Shown here: positions 10,566 through 22,056 of the stretch, piece after piece
Layout of the letters: the number at the start of each line of letters is the position of its first letter
How positions within the stretch are numbered: the stretch's first letter is position 1
NCBI GenBank assembly: GCA_046262595.1
Contig: JBHEMM010000020.1
Span: 501 to 43,413 of the forward strand
DNA length: 42,913 nt
Origin: Vulcanimicrobiaceae bacterium
GTDB lineage: Bacteria > Vulcanimicrobiota > Vulcanimicrobiia > Vulcanimicrobiales > Vulcanimicrobiaceae
Direction of reading: 5' to 3'
Notes under the pieces: model-generated
The model's database searches: none
Told to the model about the DNA's origin: nothing
What the model saw: the letters and a program-made list of their open reading frames with translations, nothing else
Made by a program: the position numbers and the translations under genes

Positions 10566-12054
10566 TGCCGTCTGTCTGATCCTCGTTGCCGCCGTCATGG
10601 TGCTCGGCTTTCTCGCTGCGCGCTGGGGTAACGTCGAGATCCACTCGATCGAAGAGTGGGCGCTGGGCGGCCGCCGCTTCGGCACGGTGATCTATTGGTT
10701 TCTGCTCGGCGGCGACGCGTACACGGCATATACGTTTATCGCGCTTCCCGCCTTGGCATACGGCGCCGGCGCACTCGCCTTTTACGCCGTGCCCTACGCG
10801 ACGATCACCTACCCGCTCGCCTATCTCTTCGTGACGCGTCTGTGGATCATCGGAAAGAAGCGGGGTTATCTCACGACGGCGGATTTTGTGCGCGAGCGCT
10901 TCGACAGCCGCCCGCTCGAACTCGCCGTGGCGGGGACGGGTCTGCTCGCGCTCGTGCCCTATATCGCGCTGCAGCTCATCGGCATGCAAGCCGTACTGCA
11001 AAGTCTGGGCGTCGGTTCTTTGAATTCGGACGTTTTTCTGATCGTCTCCTTTGCCTTGCTTGCGGCCTTCACGTTTACCAGCGGCCTGCGCGCACCCGCG
11101 CTTATCGCCGTCGCGAAAGATATTTTGATCTACGTCACCGTTCTCACCGCAATCGTGTACATTCCCATGAAACTCGGCGGCTGGCATCATATCTTCTCCG
11201 TCGCACAAGTTGCGCTGGCCGCCCGGCCGAAGCGCGGAGCGCTGATCATTCCGCCGGGGCAGTATTTCGCCTACTCGACGCTCGTCTTCGGCTCGGCGCT
11301 CGCCTTGTTCAATTACCCGCATCTGATCACGAGCGCGCTAAGCGCGAAGAACGTGGATGTGGTCAAGCGGAACATGGCGCTCCTTCCCGCGTACACGCTG
11401 CTGCTCGGCTTTCTCGCGCTGCTCGGGTTCTGCGCGCTGGCCGCCGGCATCCACGTAAAGAACACAAACCTTGCGGTGCCGATGCTCTTCGCGAAGTTCT
11501 TCCAGCCGTGGTTTGCCGGCGTCGCATTCGCTGCCATTATCATCGGCGCGCTGGTGCCGGCGGCGATCATGGCGATCGGCGCCGCAAATCTCTTCGCGAG
11601 CAATATCTTCCGCTCGTTCAGCGTGCGCGGCGAAGGCGCGGCCGCCTTGCCGGCGCTGAATGCAAAACTCCTCGCGCTGGTGATGCTCGCCGCCGCTCTG
11701 CTCATCGCGCTTCTCATCAAACCCGAGTTTGCGATCAACTTTCAACTGCTCGGCGGAGCGTGGATGCTGCAGACCGTTCCTGCAGGCGCAATCGGCCTGT
11801 TCACGCGCTGGTTTCATCCCGTGCCGCTCTTCATCGGCTGGCTTACGGGAATGGTGTGCGGCACATCCATGGGATATGCAACGCACTATCAGTCGATCTA
11901 TACGCTGCACGCCGGCAGTTTCTCGCTCTCGGGATACATCGCGTTCTACGCGCTGTTCGCGAACCTCGCCGTTGCCTGCGTGGGCACGCTGCTGCTCAGG
12001 GCAGCGGACGTCGATCCGGGGCGCGACCTCACGTCGGCGGCGGATTACGCGTGA
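10558..12054 (+). CDS. Sodium:solute symporter (MctP-like monocarboxylate permease)
   Basis: EEWALGGRRFG, WFLLGGDAYTAYTF, PYIALQLIG, SGLRAPA; multiple transmembrane segments. Confidence 0.85.
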   Translation: MASAVCLILVAAVMVLGFLAARWGNVEIHSIEEWALGGRRFGTVIYWFLLGGDAYTAYTFIALPALAYGAGALAFYAVPYATITYPLAYLFVTRLWIIGKKRGYLTTADFVRERFDSRPLELAVAGTGLLALVPYIALQLIGMQAVLQSLGVGSLNSDVFLIVSFALLAAFTFTSGLRAPALIAVAKDILIYVTVLTAIVYIPMKLGGWHHIFSVAQVALAARPKRGALIIPPGQYFAYSTLVFGSALALFNYPHLITSALSAKNVDVVKRNMALLPAYTLLLGFLALLGFCALAAGIHVKNTNLAVPMLFAKFFQPWFAGVAFAAIIIGALVPAAIMAIGAANLFASNIFRSFSVRGEGAAALPALNAKLLALVMLAAALLIALLIKPEFAINFQLLGGAWMLQTVPAGAIGLFTRWFHPVPLFIGWLTGMVCGTSMGYATHYQSIYTLHAGSFSLSGYIAFYALFANLAVACVGTLLLRAADVDPGRDLTSAADYA

Positions 12055-12446
12055 GCCGCGTCATTGAGCCGGAGGATTGGCCGCGCCCAAGCGGCTACAG
12101 CAACGGCATTGCCGCAAGCGGCGAACAGCTCTTCATTGCCGGACAGGTCGGCTGGAACGAACGGCACGAGTTCGTTTCCGACGACTTTGCGGGACAAGCG
12201 GCGCAGGCACTGCGCAATGTTACGGCGGTTGTCCAGGCCGCCGGAGGCGCGCCTTGCGATGTCGTTCGCATGACGTGGTATGTCACCGATATACGCGAAT
12301 ACCAGGCCGCGCTCAAAGAAGTGGGCGCAGCGTTTCGCGCGCTCTTCGGCGCGCATTATCCGGCGATGACGCTCGTGCAAGTGCCGTCGCTGCTCGAAGA
12401 TCGCGCAAAGGTGGAAATCGAAGCGACGGCGGTTCTGCGCCGGTAG
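12051..12446 (+). CDS. RidA/YjgF/UK114 family protein
   Basis: GTG 12051 overlaps the SSS stop. PSGYSNG, LFIAGQVG, YPAMTLVQV, KVEIEATA. Confidence 0.85.
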   Translation: MSRVIEPEDWPRPSGYSNGIAASGEQLFIAGQVGWNERHEFVSDDFAGQAAQALRNVTAVVQAAGGAPCDVVRMTWYVTDIREYQAALKEVGAAFRALFGAHYPAMTLVQVPSLLEDRAKVEIEATAVLRR

Positions 12447-12461
12447 CCGCGTCGTGTCCGC

Positions 12462-14063
12462 TTACGATTGTTCCGACGCCGCTTGTTCGCGTAGGCGGAA
12501 GCGTTGGACTTTTCCGGTTCCCGTTCGCGGCAGTTCGGTGACGAACTCAATTTCGCGCGGACATTTGAACGACGCGATCCGCGCGCGCACGAACGACTGC
12601 AGCGCTTCCGCGGTCAGCGGTTCGCCGTCGTTCAACACGACGTACGCTTTCACGATATTCGTATCACGCTGCGGATCGGGCTTGGCCACGACCGCGCATT
12701 CTTTGATGCGCTCGTGCGCGAGCAGCGCCTGCTCCACTTCCGGACCAGAAATGTTGTAGCCGGAGGCGATGATCATGTCGTCCGAGCGCGCAACGTACCA
12801 AAAATAACCATCTGCGTCCATGCGGTAGGTGTCTCCGGGATAATTCCAGCCGCCGCGAACGTACGCAGCCTGCCGCTCGTCATTGAGGTAACGGCAGCCC
12901 GTCGGTCCTTTCACGGCGAGCCGGCCGATCGTTCCGGGCGCAACTTCACGGCCGTCGTCATCGTGAATCTGCGCCGTATAACCCGGCACGGCTTGGCCGG
13001 TCGCGCCCGGACGAACGCGGTCTTGCGGCGAGCCGATGAAAATGTGCAGCATCTCCGTGCTTCCGATCCCGTCGAGAATCGTCAATCCGGTGGCGTCGTG
13101 CCAGCGTTCCCACACCGGTTTCGGCAACGTCTCGCCCGCCGAGACGCAGCGCCGCAGGGAAGTGGTGTCGTACTTCGCGACGAGGTCCGTCATGGCACGA
13201 TATGCGACGGGCGCCGTGAAGATGACGCTCACCCCGTACTCGTGGATCGCCTGCAGAAGCGGTTCGGGCGAAGCTTTTTCCAAGAGCAGCGTCGCGGCGC
13301 CGGCGTGCAGCGGGAACAGCAGCAAGCCGCCCAAACCGAACGTGAACGCCAGCGGCGGACTGCCCGCGAAAAGATCGTCCGGCGCGGGCTGCAGCACGTG
13401 GCGGCTGTACGTTTCGCACGTTGCCAGAATGTCGCGGTGAAAGTGTGCCGCGGCTTTCGGCTTGCCGGTCGTCCCGGACGTAAAAGCGATCATTGCGACG
13501 TCGTCACGAGCCGTGTGCACATTCTCGAACGCGGCCGCCTGGGCGTCCATCAGCTCTTCGAGTTCGCCCTCGCCCCAGCAGCGCAGCAGCAATTCCTCGC
13601 CCGTGGTCGTCTGCCGCAGGTCGCCGGCCAAGCGCGCGTCGCAAAGCGCGTGGCGCACTCGCACGTTTTCGCGAATCGCCTGCAGTTCGCCCGTGCGGTA
13701 GAGCGGCATCGTGCTCACCGCAATCGCGCCTGCCTTCATGACGCCGAACCAGCACGCAGCGAGCATGGGCGAGTTGAAGCCGCGCAGCAGGACGCGGTTG
13801 CCCGGAACGACGCCCATGCCACGCGTAAGTACGTGCGCGATCTGATTCGCCTTGCGCTGCAGGTCCGCGTACGTCCATTGCACACCGGGTGCCAAAATGC
13901 AGCGACGCGCACCGTTTCCCGCTGCTACGTGGCGGTCGAGCAGCACGCTTGCGCAGTTTATCTGTGCGGGAAACTGCAACTCGGCAATCGTGAAGAGCAG
14001 GTCCGGCCACTCGGCGCGCGGCGGCAGCGCGTGAGCCGCGAAGCGGTCCACGTGCGCGCTCAT
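12462..14063 (-). CDS. abmG: 2-aminobenzoate/benzoate-CoA ligase family
   Basis: [46 protein letters not shown]; operon context. Confidence 0.8.
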   Translation of the reverse strand: MSAHVDRFAAHALPPRAEWPDLLFTIAELQFPAQINCASVLLDRHVAAGNGARRCILAPGVQWTYADLQRKANQIAHVLTRGMGVVPGNRVLLRGFNSPMLAACWFGVMKAGAIAVSTMPLYRTGELQAIRENVRVRHALCDARLAGDLRQTTTGEELLLRCWGEGELEELMDAQAAAFENVHTARDDVAMIAFTSGTTGKPKAAAHFHRDILATCETYSRHVLQPAPDDLFAGSPPLAFTFGLGGLLLFPLHAGAATLLLEKASPEPLLQAIHEYGVSVIFTAPVAYRAMTDLVAKYDTTSLRRCVSAGETLPKPVWERWHDATGLTILDGIGSTEMLHIFIGSPQDRVRPGATGQAVPGYTAQIHDDDGREVAPGTIGRLAVKGPTGCRYLNDERQAAYVRGGWNYPGDTYRMDADGYFWYVARSDDMIIASGYNISGPEVEQALLAHERIKECAVVAKPDPQRDTNIVKAYVVLNDGEPLTAEALQSFVRARIASFKCPREIEFVTELPRTGTGKVQRFRLREQAASEQS

Positions 14064-15196
14064 GCCGAGAGGACGGAACGGGCGATGACGAGCTGCTGAA
14101 CTTCGCTCGCGCCTTCGTAAATCCGCAGCGCGCGGACGTCGCGGTAGATGCGCTCGACCACCTCGCCGCGGCTCACGCCGCGTCCGCCGAAGATCTGCAC
14201 GGCCTTATCGGCAATAACGCACGCCGATTCGGTCGCAAACCACTTCGCCATCGCGGCCTCCCGCGTGATGCGCGCCGCGCCGTTATCTTTCGCATGCGCC
14301 GCGCGGTACACAAGCAGCGCCGCGGCGTCGATGCGCGTCGCCATGTCGGCAATCGCGGCCTGCGTGAGCTGCAAGTCCGCGAGCGGAGCGCCGAACAAAC
14401 GGCGCGAGCGCGCATGCGCCAGCGTTTCGTCGAGCGCCCGGCGCGCAAAACCCAAAGCGGCCGCTCCGACCGTCGCCCGGAACACGTCGAGCGTCGCCAT
14501 CGCGATCTTGAACCCTTCTCCTTCGTCTCCCAGCAAGTTCGCCGCGGGGATCCGCACACTTCGCAGACGGACCGTTCCGAGCGGATGCGGCGCAATTGTC
14601 TCAATGCGTTCGGGAACGCTCAGCCCGGCGGTCTGTGCCGGCACGACGAACGCACTTAAGCCCTTTGCGCCCGCGCCGCCGGTGCGCGCGAAGACGACGT
14701 ACACGCCGGCGATTCCGGCGTTGCTGATCCATGTTTTCTCGCCGTCGAGGACGTACGCGTCGCCGTCGTTGCGCGCGGCGCATGCGGTTGCTGCGACGTC
14801 CGAGCCCGCTTCGCGTTCCGAGAGCGCGAAGGCCATGATCGTGCGGCCGTTTGCGACGCCGGGTAAGAATTGCGCTTTCTGCCGCGCATCGCCGAAGAGC
14901 GAAACCGGTGCACTTCCCAAGCCTTGCATCGCGAACGCAAAATCGGCAAGGCCGTCGGCGTAGGCGAGCGATTCGCGGGCGAGGCAAAGCGTGCGCACTT
15001 CCAAATCGAGCGCCGGCTGCAGCAAGCCCGCGGCAGCCAGTGATGCAACGTACGCGCTGACCTGCGCATCCGCGCCTTGCACGCCCGGCGCCGCCGCGCC
15101 GCTCGGAGCACCGGATAAAAACGCGGCGATCCGCGACTCGAACGCGCGGTGCCGTTCCTCGAAGAATGGCCAATGCAGATAGCCGCGGTCGGCCAC
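14060..15196 (-). CDS. Acyl-CoA dehydrogenase
   Basis: GTG start 15196. [41 protein letters not shown]. Confidence 0.9.
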   Translation of the reverse strand: MADRGYLHWPFFEERHRAFESRIAAFLSGAPSGAAAPGVQGADAQVSAYVASLAAAGLLQPALDLEVRTLCLARESLAYADGLADFAFAMQGLGSAPVSLFGDARQKAQFLPGVANGRTIMAFALSEREAGSDVAATACAARNDGDAYVLDGEKTWISNAGIAGVYVVFARTGGAGAKGLSAFVVPAQTAGLSVPERIETIAPHPLGTVRLRSVRIPAANLLGDEGEGFKIAMATLDVFRATVGAAALGFARRALDETLAHARSRRLFGAPLADLQLTQAAIADMATRIDAAALLVYRAAHAKDNGAARITREAAMAKWFATESACVIADKAVQIFGGRGVSRGEVVERIYRDVRALRIYEGASEVQQLVIARSVLSA

Positions 15197-15198
15197 GT

Positions 15199-15987
15199 TC
15201 AGTTGCCTTCGAACACCGGCTTGCGGCCGGCAACGAACGCTTCGTAAGCGCGCCGGAAGTCGCGCGTCTGCATGCACTGCGCCTGCGCCGCGGCTTCCGC
15301 GTCGATTGCCGCGTCGAGCGGCATGTCCCACTCGGTATGCAGCATGCGTTTGGTCATTGCATGCGCGAGCGAGGGACCTTGCGCAAGCGCGCGCGCTTGA
15401 GACTGCACGGCGCCGAGCAGTTGCGCGGGCTCGTAAAGCGCGTTGTAAAATCCGCACCCGAGCGACTCTTCGCCGCTCATACTTCGGCCGGTGTAGAGCA
15501 GTTCGCTCGCGCGGCCCAGGCCGATGATGCGCGGAAGCATCGCGCAAGCGCCCATATCGCATCCGGCAAGGCCGACGCGAACGAACAGGAACGCCACGTT
15601 GCTTCGCGCCGTTCCGTAGCGCAGATCGCATGCCATCGCTAAAATCGCTCCGGCACCGGCACACACGCCGTCCACCGCGGCGAGCAGCGGCTGCGGGCAG
15701 GCGCGCATCGCTTTCACGAGGTCTCCCGTCATCTGCGCGAACGCCAGCTGCTCGTCGGCCGTGCGTTGTGTCAGCGGGCCGATGATCTCGTGCACGTCAC
15801 CGCCGCTGCAGAAGTTCTCGCCCGCGCCGGCGATTACGACGGCACGCACGGACGCATCCGACTCCAGAGCACGGAAACGTTCCAAAAGTTCGGCATACGA
15901 TTCGAAGGTTAACGGATTTTTACGCTCCGGCCGATCGAGCACGATCGTCGCAACGCGCTCTTCGAGGCGCCAACCGAAATGTTTCAA
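15199..15987 (-). CDS. Enoyl-CoA hydratase/isomerase family
   Basis: [34 protein letters not shown]. Confidence 0.9.
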   Translation of the reverse strand: MKHFGWRLEERVATIVLDRPERKNPLTFESYAELLERFRALESDASVRAVVIAGAGENFCSGGDVHEIIGPLTQRTADEQLAFAQMTGDLVKAMRACPQPLLAAVDGVCAGAGAILAMACDLRYGTARSNVAFLFVRVGLAGCDMGACAMLPRIIGLGRASELLYTGRSMSGEESLGCGFYNALYEPAQLLGAVQSQARALAQGPSLAHAMTKRMLHTEWDMPLDAAIDAEAAAQAQCMQTRDFRRAYEAFVAGRKPVFEGN

Positions 15988-16725
15988 GGCAGGCTCGCGG
16001 TGATTGCCGGCAGGACGATCTCCCGGCCGTTCGTATCGCCCGTCACCAAATCGATCGTTGCCTGAGCCACTTCTTGCGCTGTGGCGATGCGGCCGCCCGG
16101 ATTCGTGCGCGCGAGCTCTTCACGGGCGCGATCCCCCGTCATCCCGGTGCGTTCCACGATGGTCGAAAGCGCGCGATCCATCATGCCGGATTCGGTGTAG
16201 CCCGGGCAGACGGCGTTGACCGTCACGCCGCTGCCGACGAGTTCGGCCGCGAGCGAACGTGTCAGCCCCATGACGCCGTGTTTGCTCGCGGCGTAAGCGC
16301 TAATGTACGGTGCGCCGTAAAGGCCGGCGATGCTCGCGATATTGACGATGCGGCCCCAGTGCGCTGCGAGCATCGGTTCGAGCACCAAACGCGAGCACAG
16401 GTAGGTGCCCGTCAGGTTCGTGCCGACGATGCGATCCCACGCGTCGCTGGAGCCGCTTGAACGGCGCCGACTCCGCGATGCCGGCGTTGTTGATGAGAAT
16501 CGCAACCGGACCGAACGCCTCGCGCGCCGTATCGAAGGCGCGCGCGACGTGTGTTTCGTGCATGATGTCGGCGGCGGCGCGCAAGAATCCATCGCCCGTG
16601 TCCGGGGCGTTGCGGCTCACGACGCTCACGTTCGCCCCCTGCGCTTTGAGCGCGCGCGCGATCGCCAGGCCGATGCCTCGGGCGCCGCCGGTAACCAACG
16701 CGTGCTTGCCTTTTATGACGCTCAT
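15984..16725 (-). pseudogene. SDR (3-hydroxyacyl-CoA dehydrogenase-like) with a frameshift near 16452
   Basis: One frame carries VTGGARGIG and INNAG up to APFKR. The catalytic half (TNLTG, NIAS, YAASKHG, VNAVCPGY) lies in another frame. Confidence 0.8.
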
Positions 16726-18989
16726 ATCTGCGCACCAAGTTCAGCGGCGCGCGCGAGATTCCGTTCCAGCTGCGCTTTGCCCGGAAGATACTGCTTGGGC
16801 CATTGGATCCCGGCGTAGTTGAGCTGCGCAGCGGCGTGCAGCGTCCAGTTCGGATCCGCCAAATGCGGGCGGCCGATGGCGCAGAGATCGGCGCGGCCCG
16901 AGGCAATGATGCCGTCAACGTGGTCCGGTTCGTAGATGTTTCCGACGGCCATCGTTGCGATGCCCGCTTCGTTACGGATCCGGTCGGCGTACGGCGTTTG
17001 ATACATCCGCCCGTAGACCGGCTTCGACTCACGCGTCGTCTGCCCGGTCGAGGCGTCGATGAGATCGGCGCCCGCGTTCTTGAACGCGAGTGCGATGTGC
17101 ACCGAATCGTTTTCCGTAATGCCTTCGGGATGCCAATCCGTCGCGGAGATGCGCACGGACACCGGCTTTTCGGCCGGCCACACGTCGCGTACCGCACGAA
17201 AGACTTCAAGCGGAAACCGTAGGCGGTTCTCCAGCGAACCGCCGTACGTGTCGGTGCGGTTGTTTTGAAGCGGCGTGATGAAACTCGAGAGCAGATATCC
17301 GTGTGCGCAGTGCAGTTCGAGCATATCGAAGTCCGCTTCGATCGCCATACGTGCCGCGCGCACGAACTCCGCGCGCACGGTGTCCATATCCGCGCGCGTC
17401 ATCTCCGCGGGCAATTGGTTTTCCGGACCGTATCGCAGCGCCGACGGGCCCATCACCGGCCAGTTGCCGGCGGGGAGCGGCTCGTCCATGCCCTCCCACA
17501 TGAGTTTCGTGGAACCTTTGGGACCGCTATGCCCGAGCTGCATGCATATTTTTGCGCCGCTCCACTGATGAACGAACGCGGTGATCTCTTTCCAGCCTGC
17601 AACGTGCTGCGGCGCGTACATGCCGGTGCATCCCGGGGTAATACGGCCGCCCGCGCTCACGCAGGTCATCTCCGTGTAAATAAGGCCCGCGCCGCCGAGT
17701 GCGCGCGCGCCCAAGTGCACGAGGTGGAACGCATTAGGCATGCCGTCGACCGCGCTGTACATATCCATGGGAGATACGGCAACGCGGTTGCGCAACTGCA
17801 GATCGCGCAAACGAAACGGCGTAAACATGGGCGGGACCGGTTGGGCTCCCCGCGACAGCCAACGTTCGATTCGCTCGACGTACGATCTATCGCGTGCGCG
17901 CAAGTTTTCGTGACTGATGCGCTGGCTGCGCGTCAAAAGACTGTACGCGAACTGCTCGGGCGGCAGGGCGGCATACCGGGCGACGTTTTCGAACCATTCG
18001 GTGCTGTTGCGCGCCGCGTTTTGCAGGCGCAGCACCTCGAGACGGCGCTCGCTCTCGTACCGGGCGAGTGCGGTTTCACGAACGGGCTCCTCGCACAGCG
18101 CCCGCTGCAGCGCGATGGCATCCTCCATGGCAAGTTTCGTGCCGGAGCCCACGGAAAAGTGGGCGCTGTGCGCCGCATCACCCAGCAGCACGATGTTGCC
18201 GGATCTCCATTGCGCATTGCTTACGCGCGTGAAGTTCACCCAATCGCGCCCGCGCAGATGGGCGCTGTTCGCGACGAGCCGGTGGCCGTGCAGATACGGC
18301 GCAAACAGCCGCTCGCAAAACGCAACAGTCTGCGCCGTCCCGGCGTTTTGCAAGCCGTGCGCGAGCCACGTCTCTTCCCGGCATTCGACAATGAACGTGC
18401 TCGTGCGATCGTCGAAACGATACGCGTGCACGGTGAACCACCCGTGTTCGGTCTGTTCGAAGAGAAACGTGAACGCGTCCAGCGGCAACGTGGTGCCCAG
18501 CCATACGTAACGGCACTTGCGTTTGTCGAGGTCCGGACCGAACGCGGCGGCAAACGTGCTGCGCACGCCGCTGTTGACCCCGTCGCAAGCAACGATCAGG
18601 TCAGCGTCGCGGTACGGCGCAAGGTTACGCACCTCGCTTTCGAAATGCAGTTCGACGCCAAGCTCGTGCGCGCGCGCTTGCAGGATCTTCAGCAGACGTT
18701 TGCGCGCGATGCCCGAGAATCCGTGGCCGCCGGAGCGAAAGACGCTGCCGCGGAAATGAATGACGATATCGTCCCAGTGTGCGAAGCTGCGTTCGATCGC
18801 TTCGTGGGTGCGGGCGTCGGCGCGCTGCAAATTCTCCAACGTGGCGTCCGAAAACACCACACCCCAGCCGAACGTGTCGCCGGGCGCGTTACGCTCGAAG
18901 ACCCGGATGCGCGAATCGGGCTGCGCCTTCTTCATCAGCAGGCCAAAGTACAGTCCGGCCGGACCGCCGCCGATGCAGACGATATTCAT
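16722..18989 (-). CDS. abmA: Bifunctional 2-aminobenzoyl-CoA monooxygenase/reductase (salicylyl-CoA 5-hydroxylase family)
   Basis: N-terminal FAD monooxygenase ([35 protein letters not shown]) fused to an old-yellow-enzyme domain ([23 protein letters not shown]). Confidence 0.9.
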   Translation of the reverse strand: MNIVCIGGGPAGLYFGLLMKKAQPDSRIRVFERNAPGDTFGWGVVFSDATLENLQRADARTHEAIERSFAHWDDIVIHFRGSVFRSGGHGFSGIARKRLLKILQARAHELGVELHFESEVRNLAPYRDADLIVACDGVNSGVRSTFAAAFGPDLDKRKCRYVWLGTTLPLDAFTFLFEQTEHGWFTVHAYRFDDRTSTFIVECREETWLAHGLQNAGTAQTVAFCERLFAPYLHGHRLVANSAHLRGRDWVNFTRVSNAQWRSGNIVLLGDAAHSAHFSVGSGTKLAMEDAIALQRALCEEPVRETALARYESERRLEVLRLQNAARNSTEWFENVARYAALPPEQFAYSLLTRSQRISHENLRARDRSYVERIERWLSRGAQPVPPMFTPFRLRDLQLRNRVAVSPMDMYSAVDGMPNAFHLVHLGARALGGAGLIYTEMTCVSAGGRITPGCTGMYAPQHVAGWKEITAFVHQWSGAKICMQLGHSGPKGSTKLMWEGMDEPLPAGNWPVMGPSALRYGPENQLPAEMTRADMDTVRAEFVRAARMAIEADFDMLELHCAHGYLLSSFITPLQNNRTDTYGGSLENRLRFPLEVFRAVRDVWPAEKPVSVRISATDWHPEGITENDSVHIALAFKNAGADLIDASTGQTTRESKPVYGRMYQTPYADRIRNEAGIATMAVGNIYEPDHVDGIIASGRADLCAIGRPHLADPNWTLHAAAQLNYAGIQWPKQYLPGKAQLERNLARAAELGAQI

Positions 18990-19030
18990 CGCGGTGGTAT
19001 TGGCGCACGGCAGCGCGAAAAGCCTGGCGT

Positions 19031-19927
19031 ATGAAGATTCCGATCACGTTGATGCTCGTGCTCGCCTTGTCGTCGCCTGCCCCGCAGTACCACTGGTTCG
19101 CTTCCGGCGACGGCCAACGGATCGCGTATACCGTGCAAGGGCGCGGGCCTGCGATGCTCGTTGTCCCGGGCGGCCCGGGTTTGGACGGCGCGTACATGCG
19201 CGCAGCCGTCAAGGGGCTGGATGCGAAGGCATACATTATGGACCCGCGCGGCACCGGCGCTTCGCACGTTCCGGAAACGCCGCAGTTCATCAACGTGGGC
19301 AACATCCTTATCGACATGGAACGCCTGCGCCGCTCGCTGCACCTGCAGCGTTGGATCGTGATGGGGCATTCTTTCGGCGGTTATTTGGCGCAAGCATATG
19401 CCGCGCGTTATCCGAACCGGGTCGCCGCCCTGCTGTTGGTGTCGAGCTCGGCGCCCGACCTTTCGCTCGAAGCGCAAGTGCAGCGCGAATTTTCACACGT
19501 CACTGCCACGGACCAAGCGACGCTCAACGGGCTGCGCGCGCTGAGCGTCAAGCATCCCGACGCGGCGATGCACATCCAGATGGACACGCTGCTGCCGTAC
19601 TACTTCGCCGATCGTTCAAAGTGGCCGCAGGTCAAGCCGCTGATGGACCCGCCTCACAACAGTTACGCGATGGCCCGTGCGCTCTACGTTGACTTGGGAT
19701 CGAATCATTCCACCGGGTCCCTGCGCGCGCTGCGCGCGCCGGTGCTCGCGATCTACGGACAGAAGGACGGCGGCGTCGACGTCTTCTCGCGCGCTATCGA
19801 GCAAAATACCGCGCACGTGCGTGTGGCGGTGGTCAAGGATGCGGGACACTTCGTCTGGATCGAGCAGCCGCAGGTGTTTCGCCGCACCGTCAACAGTTTT
19901 TTAGACGGCGTGCGCCATCTGCATTAG
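19031..19927 (+). CDS. Secreted alpha/beta hydrolase (proline iminopeptidase-like)
   Basis: ATG 19031; signal-like [45 protein letters not shown]. Confidence 0.8.
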   Translation: MKIPITLMLVLALSSPAPQYHWFASGDGQRIAYTVQGRGPAMLVVPGGPGLDGAYMRAAVKGLDAKAYIMDPRGTGASHVPETPQFINVGNILIDMERLRRSLHLQRWIVMGHSFGGYLAQAYAARYPNRVAALLLVSSSAPDLSLEAQVQREFSHVTATDQATLNGLRALSVKHPDAAMHIQMDTLLPYYFADRSKWPQVKPLMDPPHNSYAMARALYVDLGSNHSTGSLRALRAPVLAIYGQKDGGVDVFSRAIEQNTAHVRVAVVKDAGHFVWIEQPQVFRRTVNSFLDGVRHLH

Positions 19928-20842
19928 AACGTAGAGTTCGGCCAGCACTTCCGAAACCGTGATCGAGGCCAAACCCGGATCGACATACCGAGCGTGGGGG
20001 TCGCCCAGTTTGCCATGCCAGATGATCCGGTGAACGCCGCGGACGGGCGGCCCCCAATGCTTCGGGCTCGTCGGTCCGAACAGGACGACCGATGGAACGT
20101 CGAACGCGCCGGCTAAATGCGCGATGCCCGTGTCACCGCAGATGACGGCTTGCGCGCTTGCAACCAGCGCACTGAGCTCCCGCAGGCCGGTCCGGCCCGC
20201 CAGCACGTCGGAAATCGAAATATGGGCGGCGCGCGCGATGAGACGGCAGCGCCGGAACTCCGATCGCGAACCCGTCAGAACGATGCGCTGGCCCTGGCTT
20301 TTGAGCGTCGCACACAACGCGATCCAGTTTTCAACGGGCCAACGGCGCGATTCACTCGCCGCGCCGGCATGGATAAGGATCGCTCCCTGGGCACGCGCAT
20401 CGGGCGGCGGGCGCGGTAATCCGAGATCGCGCGGATCCGCCGGGATGCCGCTTTCCTGCAGCATCCGGCACCACCGATGAACTTCGTGTTCGTCGGCGCG
20501 CCATTGCGGCATTCCGCGCGTTTGCTCGATCTGAGCGTTCTCAAACGCAATGAGCCGGTGCGGCGCACGCTCGAGCAGCAGCCGGTGGCTTTGCGGCCCG
20601 CGCCCGTGCAGGTTGACCGCAACCGCCGGCCGCTCGTTGAGAGAAAGCGGTTCCAGCGGAGCCGCGTCGATCGTTTCGTCCATGCCGCCGCAGAGCGAAA
20701 CGATCGGCTGCAAATACCGCGGCGCCGCCAAGACGCGCCGGTGATCGGGAAACGCGCGTGCTATGGCGCGTATCGCCGGCACGGCGGTGAGTAAGTCGCC
20801 TAAACCGAGCGCGCGCAGCACAAGCACCAGCGGTTTGCTCAC
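19901..20842 (-). CDS. Glycosyltransferase family 9 (heptosyltransferase-like)
   Basis: RALGLGDLL, HAGAASESRRWP, GDTGIAHLA, VLFGPT. Confidence 0.85.
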   Translation of the reverse strand: MSKPLVLVLRALGLGDLLTAVPAIRAIARAFPDHRRVLAAPRYLQPIVSLCGGMDETIDAAPLEPLSLNERPAVAVNLHGRGPQSHRLLLERAPHRLIAFENAQIEQTRGMPQWRADEHEVHRWCRMLQESGIPADPRDLGLPRPPPDARAQGAILIHAGAASESRRWPVENWIALCATLKSQGQRIVLTGSRSEFRRCRLIARAAHISISDVLAGRTGLRELSALVASAQAVICGDTGIAHLAGAFDVPSVVLFGPTSPKHWGPPVRGVHRIIWHGKLGDPHARYVDPGLASITVSEVLAELYVLMQMAHAV

Positions 20843-20847
20843 GATCG

Positions 20848-22056
20848 TTACGAGGCTTCTTTGGCGAATGCCCGTTCGAAGATGAGATCGCGGTAAACGG
20901 CGACCGTGTCGCTCGCAATACGCGCCCAGCCATAACGGCGGTTCGCGCGTTTTGTGCCTTGCACGGCAAGCCGGCGGCAGTATTCCTCGTTTGCGAGCAG
21001 CCCGCGCAGCGCGTGGGCCAGCGCGTCGGGTGAGCGCGGCGGAACGTGTACACCGGTTACGCCGTGAACGACGCTGTCAACCAGACCGCCGACCTGGGAG
21101 ACGACAACGGGAACGCCGCACGCCATGGCTTCGAGCGGAACGATGCCGAACGGCTCGTACCACGGATAACAAACGACGGCGTCAGCGGATCGGAGAAGCG
21201 CGGGAACGTCGGCGCGTTCCACGCGCCCGCGAAACTCGACCCGATCGGCGATGCCGTAGGCGCGTGCGAGCTGCATCAGCCGGTGCGCTTCGGGATCGCG
21301 TTCGAGCAGCGCGCGCTCCGGGCCGCCCGCAATGACGAGCTCGATCTCTTCCAACTGCTCGAGCGCCGCGAGAACGTCGGCAATGCCCTTGCGTTCCACC
21401 AGACGGCTCAAGCAGACCAAACGCTTGCGCCGACGGCGCGGCTCCGCCGGCCCGAGCGGACTGAACATCTGCAGATCAACGCCGCACGGCACGACGGCGA
21501 TGTTCGACTTATCGGCGCCCATGCGAACGAGTTCGAAAGCTTCGGCCGTGGCCGTTGCCACGATGCGGCCCGCTTCACGCGAGATCCGTTCTTCGTGCTC
21601 CAGCCGCGCCGCCGGACTCGTGTCCTTGGCGCCTTGATAGCGGCGTTTTTCAACGCCGAGCGCGTGAAACGTCTGCACCACGGGAATGCCGAGCGGGGAA
21701 GCCGCATCGAGCGCGGCCTTCCCCGACATCCAGAAGTGGCTGTGGACCACATCCGGCCGTTCGTGCTGCCACCGGTTACGCAAAATGTCCGCGAAGCGGT
21801 CCATGTACGGGAGCAGGCGGTCTTTCTCCACGGGCTCGGGCGGACCGGCATCCACGTGTTCGACAATGACACCGCGCGAGTACCGCACGCGCCGCGGCAA
21901 CGCGGCATCGTCGCGGCGCGTGTAAACGGTAACCTCACCGCCTTGCTGCGCGAGCGCTTCGGCCAACGCGGCAACATGCACATTTTGGCCGCCCGCGTCG
22001 ACGCCTCCAAGAACGGCGAGCGGACTTGCGTGCTCCGAAACCATTGCAACGTTCAT
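20848..22056 (-). CDS. Glycosyltransferase family 4
   Basis: ATG 22056 (ATGA overlap). DAGGQNVHV, HSHFWMSG, RLVERKG, YEPFGIVPLEAMACG. Confidence 0.9.
   Translation of the reverse strand: MNVAMVSEHASPLAVLGGVDAGGQNVHVAALAEALAQQGGEVTVYTRRDDAALPRRVRYSRGVIVEHVDAGPPEPVEKDRLLPYMDRFADILRNRWQHERPDVVHSHFWMSGKAALDAASPLGIPVVQTFHALGVEKRRYQGAKDTSPAARLEHEERISREAGRIVATATAEAFELVRMGADKSNIAVVPCGVDLQMFSPLGPAEPRRRRKRLVCLSRLVERKGIADVLAALEQLEEIELVIAGGPERALLERDPEAHRLMQLARAYGIADRVEFRGRVERADVPALLRSADAVVCYPWYEPFGIVPLEAMACGVPVVVSQVGGLVDSVVHGVTGVHVPPRSPDALAHALRGLLANEEYCRRLAVQGTKRANRRYGWARIASDTVAVYRDLIFERAFAKEAS

Noticed and set aside
10656..12446. 596-aa ORF in the supplied track
   Set aside because: Only the last 131 codons (RidA, from 12051) look like protein; the rest is an off-frame shadow of the SSS gene.
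16440..16465. Programmed ribosomal frameshift in the SDR
   Set aside because: No slippery heptamer or homopolymer run at the site; a simple indel explains it.
20848..22056. mshA (mycothiol) assignment
   Set aside because: The DAGG motif is shared by a wider GT4 subgroup, and the gene sits inside a glycan cassette.
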